A DNA stretch of 64,000 nt from Deltaproteobacteria bacterium (GCA_017302795.1 JAFLCB010000003.1:26650-90649), one strand, 5' to 3'. Shown: positions 35,093 to 44,338, counted from the first letter of the stretch. A program made the numbers and translations. The notes: generated by a model not told the origin, from the letters alone.

Positions 35093-35544
35093 GCTATGAC
35101 CTCGAAGCTATAAGTGGTTTCCGTTTTGACTGATTGGTGAATCAGGCACTGCCCCGACACTTTTTCTAGCAGGCGCCCGGCACGTTCAGTGTTTGATGGT
35201 TTGGAAAGTTTAACATCGAGGTGGGCCCGTGCCATCCAAGGTTTCCCGTTTTCGTTTAAATCGACCTCTAAGTTGCAGGCGATGTCTAGCGTCTGGTAAG
35301 TCACAGCGGACTTTTCTGCGATGACCCGAAATGTGGCGGCAAAACAATTGGCCATCGCGAGAGCGAAAAAGTCTTCCGGAGAATAGCCGCCTCCGGGTCC
35401 ATTGAATCCAGGCGGGATCGCGACGGCGAGCTCTTGAGGTACGGCTTGGGCGTTTGTGGCCCATGTTGGGTGATTTGGGCCTAGGTCTTTAACTTCAACG
35501 CGAAAGTTCATCGGGAATTTGTACATAGTTCGTTTAGCTTCCAT
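35089..35544 (-). CDS. OsmC/Ohr-family peroxiredoxin-like protein
   Basis: The C-terminal ~140 aa show the OsmC pattern with two conserved Cys contexts (LAMANCFAATF, VSGQCLIHQS). The start is set at M107 of the track ORF (35544). M113 (35526) is also possible. The 257-aa track ORF runs into the divergent gene and is too long. Confidence 0.7.
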   Translation of the reverse strand: MEAKRTMYKFPMNFRVEVKDLGPNHPTWATNAQAVPQELAVAIPPGFNGPGGGYSPEDFFALAMANCFAATFRVIAEKSAVTYQTLDIACNLEVDLNENGKPWMARAHLDVKLSKPSNTERAGRLLEKVSGQCLIHQSVKTETTYSFEVIA

Positions 35545-35637
35545 TGTTTTCGGGGCGAGGTCAAAAAAACTGAAATCCATTTTTAAATGACGGATCAGTT
35601 CTCGCTGAACAAGCCTTTTAACGGTATTCTTGAATCC

Positions 35638-36009
35638 ATGTTGGAAAAGTCGAAGATTTTGTACGATGGCAATTGTGTGGTGTGCGATATTGAGATCTCG
35701 CATTACAAACGAATTGCGCCGATGGATTTCGAAATGGTGGATATTTCGAACCCGTCGTTTAAAGCTGTGGAGTACGGCCTTACAGCTGACGCGGTAAATC
35801 GCCACATGCACGTGATGAGCCCAGATGGGAAAATCCATGTGGGAGTAGATGCGTTCGCACATATCTGGTCTCGAATTCCGCGCTACTCGTTTGCAAAAAG
35901 AGTCGTCGATCTCCCGGGAGTTCGCTCGGTGGCGGAGCTCGGATACGAGGTTTTTGTGCGCCTACGGCCCCATTTGCCGAAAAAGAATGCTTCACCATTA
36001 GGGGCATGA
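35638..36009 (+). CDS. thiol-disulfide oxidoreductase DCC family (DUF393) protein
   Basis: N-terminal YDGNCVVCDIEISHY matches the DCC YDGxCxxC signature. I prefer the start at ATG 35638 (MLEKSKILYDG...). The ORF-track ATG 35587 would leave almost no divergent intergenic space. Confidence 0.7.
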   Translation: MLEKSKILYDGNCVVCDIEISHYKRIAPMDFEMVDISNPSFKAVEYGLTADAVNRHMHVMSPDGKIHVGVDAFAHIWSRIPRYSFAKRVVDLPGVRSVAELGYEVFVRLRPHLPKKNASPLGA

Positions 36010-36053
36010 ATTTAGTTGTTGAAAGTCCGACCTATCAGTAGCACGTTTCGACG

Positions 36054-36935
36054 ATGAACCCGTGGATCCTTGCCCTCCGACCTAAGACACTAACTGCCGC
36101 TCTGGTGCCGATTTTAGTCGCGACCGCTTTGGTGCACGCTTCCGGTATTGCAGTAAAATGGTGGGTTTCCGTTTTCGCGTTGATCGCATCGTTCTTTATT
36201 CAAATCGCGACAAATTTGATTAACGACGCGATCGACTTCGACAAAGGCGCGGACACCGATCAGCGCACGGGCCCAAAACGCGTAACCCAGTCCGGTATGA
36301 TCTCGCGGCGTAAGGTGATGGTAGGCGCCGGAGTTTGTCTCGCGCTTGCATTCGCATTCGGTGTGCCACTTGTCGTTGAGGGAGGGTGGCCGATTGCCGC
36401 GATCGGAGTGGTCTCAATCGCGCTTGCCTATGGCTATACAGGCGGGCCATTTCCCTTGGCATACATGGGCCTTGGAGATCTCTTTGTAATTTTATTTTTC
36501 GGTGTCATCGGAGTCATGGGAACCTTTTTTTTACACACGGGCCAGTGGTCCGAGCTCGCGGCTGTCGCAGGCCTGCAGGTTGGTTTTTTGGCTACGGTGC
36601 TCATTGCTATCAATAATCTTCGCGATTCACCTGAAGACGTAAAAGTCGGAAAAAAAACGCTGGCCGTTCGGTTTGGCGCCAAATTTTCGAAAATTGAAAT
36701 TGCCGTTCTATGCTACGCGCCGTTTCTAATGGGCATGGCCTACGAAAATCGTGGTTGGATGTGGGCCGCATACGCACCATTGATTGCTGTTCCGCTTGTC
36801 AGTCGTCTCGTTCGCGGAATTTGGGCAGCTGATCCCGGCCCTGTCATGAATCGATTCCTGGCGATGGCCGCCGCTCTTCATTTGCTATTTGGTCTCGCGT
36901 TGGCCGGCGGTTTATGGTTCGGTACAAAGACATGA
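36054..36935 (+). CDS. menA: 1,4-dihydroxy-2-naphthoate polyprenyltransferase
   Basis: 293-aa multi-TM UbiA-family protein with NLINDAIDFDKGADT and ...NNLRDSPEDVKVGKKTLAVRFG motifs. Confidence 0.88.
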   Translation: MNPWILALRPKTLTAALVPILVATALVHASGIAVKWWVSVFALIASFFIQIATNLINDAIDFDKGADTDQRTGPKRVTQSGMISRRKVMVGAGVCLALAFAFGVPLVVEGGWPIAAIGVVSIALAYGYTGGPFPLAYMGLGDLFVILFFGVIGVMGTFFLHTGQWSELAAVAGLQVGFLATVLIAINNLRDSPEDVKVGKKTLAVRFGAKFSKIEIAVLCYAPFLMGMAYENRGWMWAAYAPLIAVPLVSRLVRGIWAADPGPVMNRFLAMAAALHLLFGLALAGGLWFGTKT

Positions 36936-38014
36936 TGGAAGTTCACCGCTATCAGTTGATAGTTCGCGGTGCCTACAGCAAATCAGCTTTGCGCGGCGCT
37001 GGAATGCGACCAGGCGCCTTGCTTCGTTTCAAGTTTGACGATGGCGTGATTGCTCATGCAGATCTTTTTCCGTGGCCGGAGCTAGGTGATGCCGTGTTGT
37101 CGGACTTACTTCACGAGTTAAGCCAGGCGCTGCTCGGAGCTAGCAATGGCGGCGAACTTCCCATTGTAAAGGCACGATTGAAAATGCTAGCCGACGGCGA
37201 TCAGCGATTTTTACTTCTTCCGCGCATCGTGGACGCGCTGGAAGCAGAAGCTATTGCCCTTCGTGAACAACGTCCACTTGTTGATGGTTCTGTGCAAAAT
37301 CACTTCACGGCACTCTCAGCTTTACAGTTGGCGCCCGCCGATATTTTGGATGCAAGGCGCGGGGGATTTCCTGCAATCAAAGTGAAAATCAGCGGACTTC
37401 TGGAGGAAGCGAAGGCGCTCGGTCGATTGCAATCACACTGGGATTTGCCTCTGAGGCTAGATGCTAGTGAGAACGCAACCATCGAAAGCTTGCGGGTTTT
37501 CTTAGACGCCCTTCCGATCCGCCTTCGAGACGCCATTGAATTTATCGAAGATCCGTTTCCGTTTTCGCTAAAACGCTGGTCGGCCTTTCATTCAGAGACA
37601 GGAATTCCAATTGCCATCGATCGGCCGGTGATGGGCCTTGTCTGTGACCAACGCGGGTCCGAGAAAAATCTCGGCGAAGTGTTTTCAGAAAAAGCGGCGC
37701 AAATTTATATTCATAAGCCGGCCTGGCTTCAGGATGACGCTACCAACGCTGCGACCAAAGCTTCGATTCCAATCATCGTTACTTCCGCGTTGGGACACCC
37801 TGTTGGAAATTTGTGGGCGGCCTCGGTCGCAGCGAGATTAGCGCCGGGCAATGTACACGGTTGTTTTACCCACACCGCTTATCGCGATGATGAAATCTCG
37901 AACTCTTTGATAGCGTCGAAACAAATTCGAGGCTGTCGAATCTTCGGTCTCGGGCCAGGCTTGGGGCTACCGGCAAAATCGTTGAACCGAATTAAGTGGG
38001 AAAAGTTCGCATGA
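36932..38014 (+). CDS. menC: o-succinylbenzoate synthase (enolase superfamily)
   Basis: FPAIKVKISG (KxK), LPLRLDASENA, IEFIEDPFP and IPIAIDRP metal/catalytic positions. ATG 36932 forms an ATGA overlap with the menA stop. Confidence 0.78.
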   Translation: MMEVHRYQLIVRGAYSKSALRGAGMRPGALLRFKFDDGVIAHADLFPWPELGDAVLSDLLHELSQALLGASNGGELPIVKARLKMLADGDQRFLLLPRIVDALEAEAIALREQRPLVDGSVQNHFTALSALQLAPADILDARRGGFPAIKVKISGLLEEAKALGRLQSHWDLPLRLDASENATIESLRVFLDALPIRLRDAIEFIEDPFPFSLKRWSAFHSETGIPIAIDRPVMGLVCDQRGSEKNLGEVFSEKAAQIYIHKPAWLQDDATNAATKASIPIIVTSALGHPVGNLWAASVAARLAPGNVHGCFTHTAYRDDEISNSLIASKQIRGCRIFGLGPGLGLPAKSLNRIKWEKFA

Positions 38015-39180
38015 GCGACCGCGGCCAGCGCGCGCAAGGACTACTGCTGAATCCCCGGCTTCCGGAAGGTCGGCGACTGACAATTGAAGCGGCTTGGAAA
38101 AAGAAGCTGGATTCGATTACAGCTTCTGCGGGGACTGATGCGATCGGAATTTTAACCAGCGGCTCGACGTCTGGTGGCGCGATGGAATGTGTGACGGTGC
38201 TTTCACAGCCGGCACTAGAATCTTCGGCAGCTGCGGTGAACCGGCATTTCCATTTCTCTTCGAAAACCAGGTGGGCGTTGATGCTTCCGACGTTTCACGT
38301 GGGCGGGTACATGATCCAGCTTCGCGCGGAACTCACGGGTGCTGAAGTTTTCCCATTCAAAAGCGAATGGAATGCCCTTGCGGCGACGGACTTCTTAACA
38401 GACGGAAAAATTTCGGTAGTATCACTCGTTCCAGCACAAGTTTTTGACCTCGTTAGTTCTCGATTATCTGCGCCGGCATCACTTCAGACCGTGATTGTCG
38501 GCGGCGGACGCCTAGATGTGGGCCTTCGGCAACAAGCGATCGCTCTAGGGTGGCCGATATTTGAAAGTTACGGAATGACGGAAACGTGTTCACAGATTGC
38601 AGCTTCGGAAAACGCACAGTCGTCACGTATGCGGTCGCTCGGACATTTTCAATTGAAAGTTGACCACGAAACAAGTGAGCTTCTTGTAAATGGACCGGCA
38701 CTGTTTTCTGGAAAGCTTCAGTTTGAAGGGGAGAATGCTTTTTGGCGGCCCGCTGAAACAGATGTCGATGGGTTCTATCGCACCACGGACCGCGTTCAGC
38801 TGTTTACTGAAAACGGGGTAAGTTATTTGTCATTCCTTGGGCGTACCATCGACGTCGTAAAAGTACTCGGGGAAAATATCGATTTGGCAAAGGTGCGAGC
38901 TGCTCTTGTATCGATTGATTCCCCGGCCGGGGTGACAAATATGGATGTCGTTGCAATCGCGAATCAGCGAAGAGAGCACGAGCTAGTTTTGGTCCTCGAA
39001 GCTCCAAAAACCGATTTTGATGCAGACAACTTGCTTCAAATTTTGAGGAAAGTTCAGTCTAGATTGCGCGAAAGCCTTTTGCCGGTTGAAGTTCCAACAG
39101 CTATCAAAACTGTGTCTCAGTTTCCGAGATCTGATCTAGGTAAAATCCTTTACCCGAAGCTTCTTGCCGAACTTTCATGA
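38011..39180 (+). CDS. menE: o-succinylbenzoate-CoA ligase-like adenylate-forming enzyme (short form)
   Basis: ILTSGSTSGG (AMP-binding P-loop variant), YGMTET, ...TTDRV... and a C-terminal ...RSDLGKI. ATG 38011 forms an ATGA overlap with the menC stop. At ~389 aa it is shorter than typical MenE. Confidence 0.75.
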   Translation: MSDRGQRAQGLLLNPRLPEGRRLTIEAAWKKKLDSITASAGTDAIGILTSGSTSGGAMECVTVLSQPALESSAAAVNRHFHFSSKTRWALMLPTFHVGGYMIQLRAELTGAEVFPFKSEWNALAATDFLTDGKISVVSLVPAQVFDLVSSRLSAPASLQTVIVGGGRLDVGLRQQAIALGWPIFESYGMTETCSQIAASENAQSSRMRSLGHFQLKVDHETSELLVNGPALFSGKLQFEGENAFWRPAETDVDGFYRTTDRVQLFTENGVSYLSFLGRTIDVVKVLGENIDLAKVRAALVSIDSPAGVTNMDVVAIANQRREHELVLVLEAPKTDFDADNLLQILRKVQSRLRESLLPVEVPTAIKTVSQFPRSDLGKILYPKLLAELS

Positions 39181-39409
39181 CTGTTTATTGTTTAGTCACC
39201 GGAATCCGCGCTGTCGCGTCTATTGAAAGCGCGATCTGTGACACTGCTTATGGAAAAAATCGTTGGCGCCACTTTTCGTCCTCCTTTGGTGTTCAACGCC
39301 AAACTTATCCATAGAGGCTTTAATGGCAGCTAGAACGCATATTCATGTGATGTCTGTGAGGCGAGAGCTCTTTGGTCAAGTGGTCCGAACATTGATCTAG
39401 AGCCCAGCC

Positions 39410-39799
39410 ATGTTGTCCTTTTATGGGTTAGCTCAAATTCTCTTCCTGACGGTTTCGCTTGTTTCCGCGCCGGCTTTTGCTCGGTCCGATGTTACGTGCA
39501 CGCGAGGGGATCTTAACGATCGACTACCGAAGATAGTCCGCTTCAAGATCGTTTCCGAGAATCAAATTGAAGCTCAAGCGTGGTCCCAGAAGAATGTCGC
39601 GTCTCCGAAGTCCGAGCTCAAGAGTCTAGAAGTTCCAGGGCAAGAAGGGGTCGCGATTTTTTCGATCTCTGGTCTTTTGGGAGTTTCGGGCAATGCGAAG
39701 TTGTTGGTCACTCGAACTGCTTTGAAATTTCACAATGTAGGTTCGATGATTATCACCAACCGCACGGCCGGAGATATTAGCTCCTATCATTGTCAATAG
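39410..39799 (+). CDS. small secreted protein, unknown function
   Basis: 129-aa ORF with signal peptide MLSFYGLAQILFLTVSLVSAPAFA and Cys near both ends of the mature protein. Confidence 0.5.
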   Translation: MLSFYGLAQILFLTVSLVSAPAFARSDVTCTRGDLNDRLPKIVRFKIVSENQIEAQAWSQKNVASPKSELKSLEVPGQEGVAIFSISGLLGVSGNAKLLVTRTALKFHNVGSMIITNRTAGDISSYHCQ

Positions 39800-39836
39800 G
39801 CTCACGCCTAAGCGTCAATAGGCTCACGCCTAAGCG
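39793..39836. repeat. perfect 22-bp tandem duplication spanning two convergent stop codons
   Basis: TCAATAGGCTCACGCCTAAGCG occurs at 39793-39814 and again at 39815-39836. Copy 1 contains the TAG of the + gene (39797-39799). Copy 2 contains the stop (39830-39832) of the minus-strand SDR gene. Confidence 0.9.
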
Positions 39837-40672
39837 AGGCCTTGATTGACGGCGATCGTCTGACCAGTAATTCCAGCGCCCAACGGGCTCACCAAAAACG
39901 CAACAGTGTTAGCAACTCGTTCTGGATCCATCATCGCTGCTCGCGGGAAATTAACTTTCAGTGCCGCCAACGCGTCGTTGATCGAGCCACGGTTCGGCGC
40001 GCTTGCGGCGCCGGCGCCGCGTGCGCCTGGCGCGCCTGGAGGATTCGTTTGTTGAATCAAAAACTCTTCGCTAATCCCTACGCTAACTACGTTCACAGTC
40101 ACGTTGCTTGCCAAAACTTCGCGCGAAAGAATTCGTGCAAAGTCAGTGAGACCGCCGCGGGTCGCAGCGAGAATTCCATTCTTTTCGAGGCCCAAACGGA
40201 CTATGTCGTGTTGCAGATACACGATGCGTCCACGCTTTCGTCCCTCTAGGAATTTTAGAACCGCGTGGGTCATCATCAGCGGCGCCCGAAGGTTCACATC
40301 CATCAATCGATCGAGATCTTCAAGCGACTCGGCATCGCGAAAATCACGAACATCGGTTGTCAAAAGTCCATCAACGAAAATATCTAAACCCCCGTAGGCT
40401 TCTGCTGCTCGCGAAGCCGCATCCTGAACATGGTGGGGTTTTGAAAGATCTGCCTGAATCGCGACGGCGCGCCCAAAACGCTCATTGACCTCGCGTGTGT
40501 TCATCAATTGTTCGGCGAAACGCGACGCCCGCTCGATATTCCGATCGATCAGCGCAATATTGCATCCTAAAGAAGTGAGCTTCGAGGCGATTGCCTGATT
40601 GACTGTTGTGCAGGGGCCAGTCAAAAGTGCTGTGCGCTCGGAAAGTTTAAAACTTGCATCGATATCTGCCAT
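39830..40672 (-). CDS. short-chain dehydrogenase/reductase (SDR) family oxidoreductase
   Basis: The Rossmann N-terminus is a variant of the SDR TGxxxGxG motif (ALLTGPCTTVNQAIA). A classical SDR body follows, with an unusual Gly/Ala/Pro-rich insert (NPPGAPGARGAGAASAPNRGS) and ...GITGQTIAVNQGL at the C-terminus. Confidence 0.8.
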   Translation of the reverse strand: MADIDASFKLSERTALLTGPCTTVNQAIASKLTSLGCNIALIDRNIERASRFAEQLMNTREVNERFGRAVAIQADLSKPHHVQDAASRAAEAYGGLDIFVDGLLTTDVRDFRDAESLEDLDRLMDVNLRAPLMMTHAVLKFLEGRKRGRIVYLQHDIVRLGLEKNGILAATRGGLTDFARILSREVLASNVTVNVVSVGISEEFLIQQTNPPGAPGARGAGAASAPNRGSINDALAALKVNFPRAAMMDPERVANTVAFLVSPLGAGITGQTIAVNQGLA

Positions 40673-40720
40673 CGGTCTGATCTCCGGAGTCCGGCCCCGA
40701 AGGGACGGAGTAAATGGGAA

Positions 40721-41938
40721 CTACATTCTTTCGATAATAACCGCGATGCCCTGGCCGCCGCCAATGCATGCCGAACCTGCTGCATACTTCGCTGGGTTTC
40801 CAGCAGCAGCGCGTCGCCCTAGTTCATACATCAAGTGATTCATAATACGTGTTCCGCTCGCAGCAAGTGGATGGCCGATCGCAATGGCGCCGCCATTGAC
40901 GTTTGTTTTTGATCGATCGAGACCCAGTTCTTTTTCAACCGCTAAATACTGAGCCGCGAAAGCTTCGTTCACTTCCACCAGATCCATATCGGAAAGTTTT
41001 AAGTTCGCTTTTGTAAGTGCCTTGCGTATCGCTCCAGCAGGACCGATACCCATGATTTTTGGATCACAGCCGACCGCTCCCCAAGAAACTAGTCTCGCCA
41101 TTGGCTTAAGACCGCGACGGTTGGCTTCCGCTTCCGTCATCAGAACTGACATTGCAGCGCCATCGACAATTCCACTAGCCGTTGCGGCGGTCACAGTGCC
41201 ACCCGGTTTAAACATCGGCTTCATAGCCTGAAGCTTTTCTAAAGCAACACCCGGTTTTGGATGCTCGTCTTTATCGATGGTGACCGAACCTTTTCTTGTT
41301 TCAACTACTATTGGCGACATTTCCGCAGCGAAAATGCCTACAGCCAATGCGTCCGCGCAACGTTTTTGAGAGAGGAGCGAATACTCCTCGCATGCATCGC
41401 GAGAAATACTATATTTTTCGGCCAAGTTTTCAGCAGTGATCGCCATCGGCATTCCCGCATAAGCGTCGGTCAGGGCACTTGTCATGTAATCTTCAAGGGG
41501 CGCTTGCCCCATGCGAAATCCTTCGAAGCGGGCACCGCGCAATATGTAGGGAATCTGGGACATTTGTTCGACGCCACCCGCGAGAACAATCGTCGCATCG
41601 CCAGCCATGATCATTTCTGCTGCAGTAATCCAAGATTGAAATCCAGAGCCGCAAAGGCGATTCAGTCCGAGCGCGCCGTTTTCCACAGGCACGCCTAAGT
41701 GAAGGCCTACGTGACGTGGGACATAAGCCGCATCTGATCCACTTTGAACAACATTTCCCAAAACGACATGATCGATGTTTCCGGCATCAACCTTCGCTTG
41801 CTCAAGCGCCGCGCGCCCTGCCGCAACCGCCAATTGCGTTGCGCCGACATCTTTTAGGCCACCACCAAAGGAGCCAAATGGAGTTCTTTTTCCAGCGACA
41901 ATAACTATTGAAGATCCAACCGAAGAATTATTTGCCAT
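40721..41938 (-). CDS. acetyl-CoA C-acetyltransferase (thiolase)
   Basis: IVIVAGKRTPFGSFGG, active-site NRLCGSGFQS, NVNGGAIAIGHPLAASG, and CIGGGQGIAVIIE. The start is set at ATG 41938 (MANNSS...). The longer track ORF (to 42091) would overlap divergent purD. Confidence 0.92.
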   Translation of the reverse strand: MANNSSVGSSIVIVAGKRTPFGSFGGGLKDVGATQLAVAAGRAALEQAKVDAGNIDHVVLGNVVQSGSDAAYVPRHVGLHLGVPVENGALGLNRLCGSGFQSWITAAEMIMAGDATIVLAGGVEQMSQIPYILRGARFEGFRMGQAPLEDYMTSALTDAYAGMPMAITAENLAEKYSISRDACEEYSLLSQKRCADALAVGIFAAEMSPIVVETRKGSVTIDKDEHPKPGVALEKLQAMKPMFKPGGTVTAATASGIVDGAAMSVLMTEAEANRRGLKPMARLVSWGAVGCDPKIMGIGPAGAIRKALTKANLKLSDMDLVEVNEAFAAQYLAVEKELGLDRSKTNVNGGAIAIGHPLAASGTRIMNHLMYELGRRAAAGNPAKYAAGSACIGGGQGIAVIIERM

Positions 41939-42025
41939 AGTGGGCATGAGGTTAAAGGATTGTCCCTCGTTTATCAATGCAGCAACGCGTTTGCGTATTT
42001 TGAAAAATGCCACTAGGGATAGGCC

Positions 42026-43360
42026 ATGAACAATGTCACGCGGGTCCTCGTCATCGGTCAGGGTGGTCGCGAACACGCCATCGTGCGACAAATCGCCCAG
42101 AATTCTAGCATCGCAACTGTCTATGTCGTTCCTGGCAGTGACGGGATTGCTGGCACGCCAAAAGTCGAGTGCGTTTCGATGAGCTTGGACTCATCGGGAT
42201 TTCCGGCCTTAGTCGCATTTGCGAAAGAAAACCGAATTGATCTCGTTGTGATTGGTCCCGAGCAGCCGCTGGCGGACGGATTGGCCGACGTTACTCGGGC
42301 AGCAGGGCTAAGAGTCTTTGGCCCATCAAAAGAAGGTGCGCGGCTAGAGGCGAGTAAGATCCACGCCAAAGAATTAATGAAGGCCTCTGGAGTTCGCACC
42401 GCACGCTCGTTTGTCGTCAAAACAGTAGCTGAAACTTTAGCAGCAGCCGCTTCGTTTCGCCCGCCTTATGTTTTAAAAGCCGACGGTCTTGCGGCAGGAA
42501 AAGGCGTCTTTATTGAGAAGACACTCGAAGGGTTAAAATCTGCCGCCCATTTTTTGTTTGAAGAAAAAGGGTTGGGAGTCGCTGGGGAATCCGCTCTTCT
42601 AGAGGAATTTTCTCCGGGAGTGGAGCTAAGTTTCTTGGTCCTAACCAACGGCAAAGGATTTATTTCGATGCCGGTTGCTCGCGATCATAAACGTCTTTTG
42701 GACGACGACGAGGGGCCGAACACTGGGGGCATGGGTGTTGTGGCACCTATACCGATGGAAGACGGCCTGCTCGAGAAAATCGAACGCGACGTTGTGGCAC
42801 CCGTGATTCGTGAGATTGAAAAGCGCGACTTCATGTTTCGCGGAGTTTTGTATTTTGGATTGATGCTGACGCCCGAGGGACCGAGCGTTTTAGAATTCAA
42901 CACGCGTTTTGGCGACCCGGAAGCGCAAGTGCTTATGACATTGTTAGACGAAGTTGCGGGTCCCTCGTGGGTCGGCGTGCTGACAGAAATCGCTGACGGA
43001 AAACTTCCTTCTGCTATCTGGTCGCAAACTCGCTCGGTCGCCTGCCTCGTTCTTGCGGCGGAAGGATATCCTGATCGCCCCATCAAAGGGGTTGAGATCT
43101 CGGGTCTTGATGCAAACGGAGAGCTTAAACCAATAACGACTCGGGAAAGCGAAGCGAGTTACGTGATTCACGCTGGCACCAAGCGTGGCTCTGGCAGCGC
43201 CTTTGTCACAAATGGCGGTCGCGTGTTGAATGTTGTCGGATATTCCAATCGTGGCTTAAAGACAGCTCTGAATCTCGCCTACGCGGCCGCAGAAAGCATT
43301 CATTGGGATGGCCGACAAATTCGGCGGGACATCGGTCGCAGCGTTCTCGACCGCAAGTAA
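42026..43360 (+). CDS. purD: phosphoribosylamine-glycine ligase
   Basis: VLVIGQGGREHAI, ATP-grasp body with ...VLKADGLAAGKGV..., FNTRFGDPEAQV and NGGRVLNVVG. Confidence 0.95.
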   Translation: MNNVTRVLVIGQGGREHAIVRQIAQNSSIATVYVVPGSDGIAGTPKVECVSMSLDSSGFPALVAFAKENRIDLVVIGPEQPLADGLADVTRAAGLRVFGPSKEGARLEASKIHAKELMKASGVRTARSFVVKTVAETLAAAASFRPPYVLKADGLAAGKGVFIEKTLEGLKSAAHFLFEEKGLGVAGESALLEEFSPGVELSFLVLTNGKGFISMPVARDHKRLLDDDEGPNTGGMGVVAPIPMEDGLLEKIERDVVAPVIREIEKRDFMFRGVLYFGLMLTPEGPSVLEFNTRFGDPEAQVLMTLLDEVAGPSWVGVLTEIADGKLPSAIWSQTRSVACLVLAAEGYPDRPIKGVEISGLDANGELKPITTRESEASYVIHAGTKRGSGSAFVTNGGRVLNVVGYSNRGLKTALNLAYAAAESIHWDGRQIRRDIGRSVLDRK

Positions 43361-43365
43361 CCAAA

Positions 43366-43419
43366 GGTACCTCCTACATTTTGGTAACGCACATGCGTTA
43401 CCAAAATGTAGGAGGTACC
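43366..43419. repeat. palindromic intergenic repeat copy 4
   Basis: GGTACCTCCTACATTTTGGTAACGC-acat-GCGTTACCAAAATGTAGGAGGTACC has perfect 25-nt arms. It lies 5 nt after the purD stop, between convergent genes. Confidence 0.9.
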
Positions 43420-43460
43420 TTTTAGCAGCGCAGGCCCAAGCCGAAGCGACACACATAGAA

Positions 43461-44303
43461 TTACCAGTTTAGGCGAAGACTGATCATGTCTCGCTTTTCA
43501 TCCGGGCGATTACTGTGGCTGTAAACAAGCTTTGAATCTTGTGACAATGGTTCGAAGATTTCGAGATCTGTGCTTCGTGCCGCAACCGAATAGCTGAGCT
43601 CTGCATTCGTAAGGCCGCGGTACTCCATGCTAGCTTTCGTTTGCGATGCCTTCATTTGAAACTTGATATTGTGTTGAGTGGAATCCGGCTCTTCACCGCC
43701 GAGAGCTACTTCCGCTTTCATTTTTTCTTCGACGGTCACTGCCGCTCGGCCGAATGCTGTGTTTCTCACGCTCTCTTGCTTGAAGAAGCTTGAAACTGAA
43801 TGATCAAGGACCTGGGCCGCAACTTGACCGCCATCAGTTACTGGGGAAAGTGAACTAGGCAAAATCAAACTATAATCGGTACCGATGGTTTCGACGCGAT
43901 CGATGGTTCGGAAATCGATTCCCCGCGAAAAATCTGAAATGTCTTTTGAAAGCCTAAATTTCTCTTTTGCTGTCTCGCCAGGTGCAAGCAGCACATGAGA
44001 CGTTGCTTCGGATTCTTCCCGCGATTGGGATTTTGGCCCGAAGACAGCGGGATTCATGCGCATCATCGCCGGACGTCGCATTTTAAGAATTGAAAGAGTG
44101 TTCGTGACGTCGCCTTCGTAGATTAAAAATCCTAACGAGAATGTGGTGACGAGAAACAAGGTCGCAACGAACACATGCGACGCCACTTTGCACAAAAATC
44201 TATTCCGCGCGCAAAGCCTGCCCGGTGCAGTACTGCTAGCAACTGTATCTGGTTCGGTTGAAATTTTGCGATCTTCTTGGCGTTCATTCATCTGATTGAC
44301 CAT
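43461..44303 (-). CDS. hypothetical membrane-anchored/envelope protein
   Basis: The ORF has one hydrophobic segment (VASHVFVATLFLVTTFSLGFLIY) and an aromatic C-terminus ...MISLRLNW. The start is uncertain: TTG 44339 in the track, ATG 44303 or ATG 44291. Confidence 0.55.
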   Translation of the reverse strand: MVNQMNERQEDRKISTEPDTVASSTAPGRLCARNRFLCKVASHVFVATLFLVTTFSLGFLIYEGDVTNTLSILKMRRPAMMRMNPAVFGPKSQSREESEATSHVLLAPGETAKEKFRLSKDISDFSRGIDFRTIDRVETIGTDYSLILPSSLSPVTDGGQVAAQVLDHSVSSFFKQESVRNTAFGRAAVTVEEKMKAEVALGGEEPDSTQHNIKFQMKASQTKASMEYRGLTNAELSYSVAARSTDLEIFEPLSQDSKLVYSHSNRPDEKRDMISLRLNW

Positions 44304-44338
44304 CCTGCTCTCTATAGGGAGCAATTCAGGTGCCAGCA

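Noticed and set aside
35545-35862. The 5' part of the 257-aa ORF 35089-35862, as an extended OsmC protein.
   Set aside because: It is His/Arg-rich nonsense upstream of the OsmC domain. It would also overlap the divergent DCC-family gene almost completely. Internal ATGs at 35544 or 35526 give a normal-length OsmC protein.
39181-39409. A possible 27-codon small ORF (ATGGAAAAAATCGTT...) and weak inverted repeats in the menE-downstream gap.
   Set aside because: There is no RBS, no conservation evidence is available, and the repeats are short and imperfect.
39793-39836. Tandem repeats (here and at 57120-57193) as a possible CRISPR array or minisatellite locus.
   Set aside because: There are only 2-3 contiguous units with no spacers and no cas genes. 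One set is in frame inside manC. These are simple slippage duplications.
40721-42091. The 456-aa version of the thiolase ORF.
   Set aside because: The first 51 codons overlap the divergent purD start and have no thiolase homology. ATG 41938 gives the canonical N-terminus followed by IVIVAGKRTPFG.
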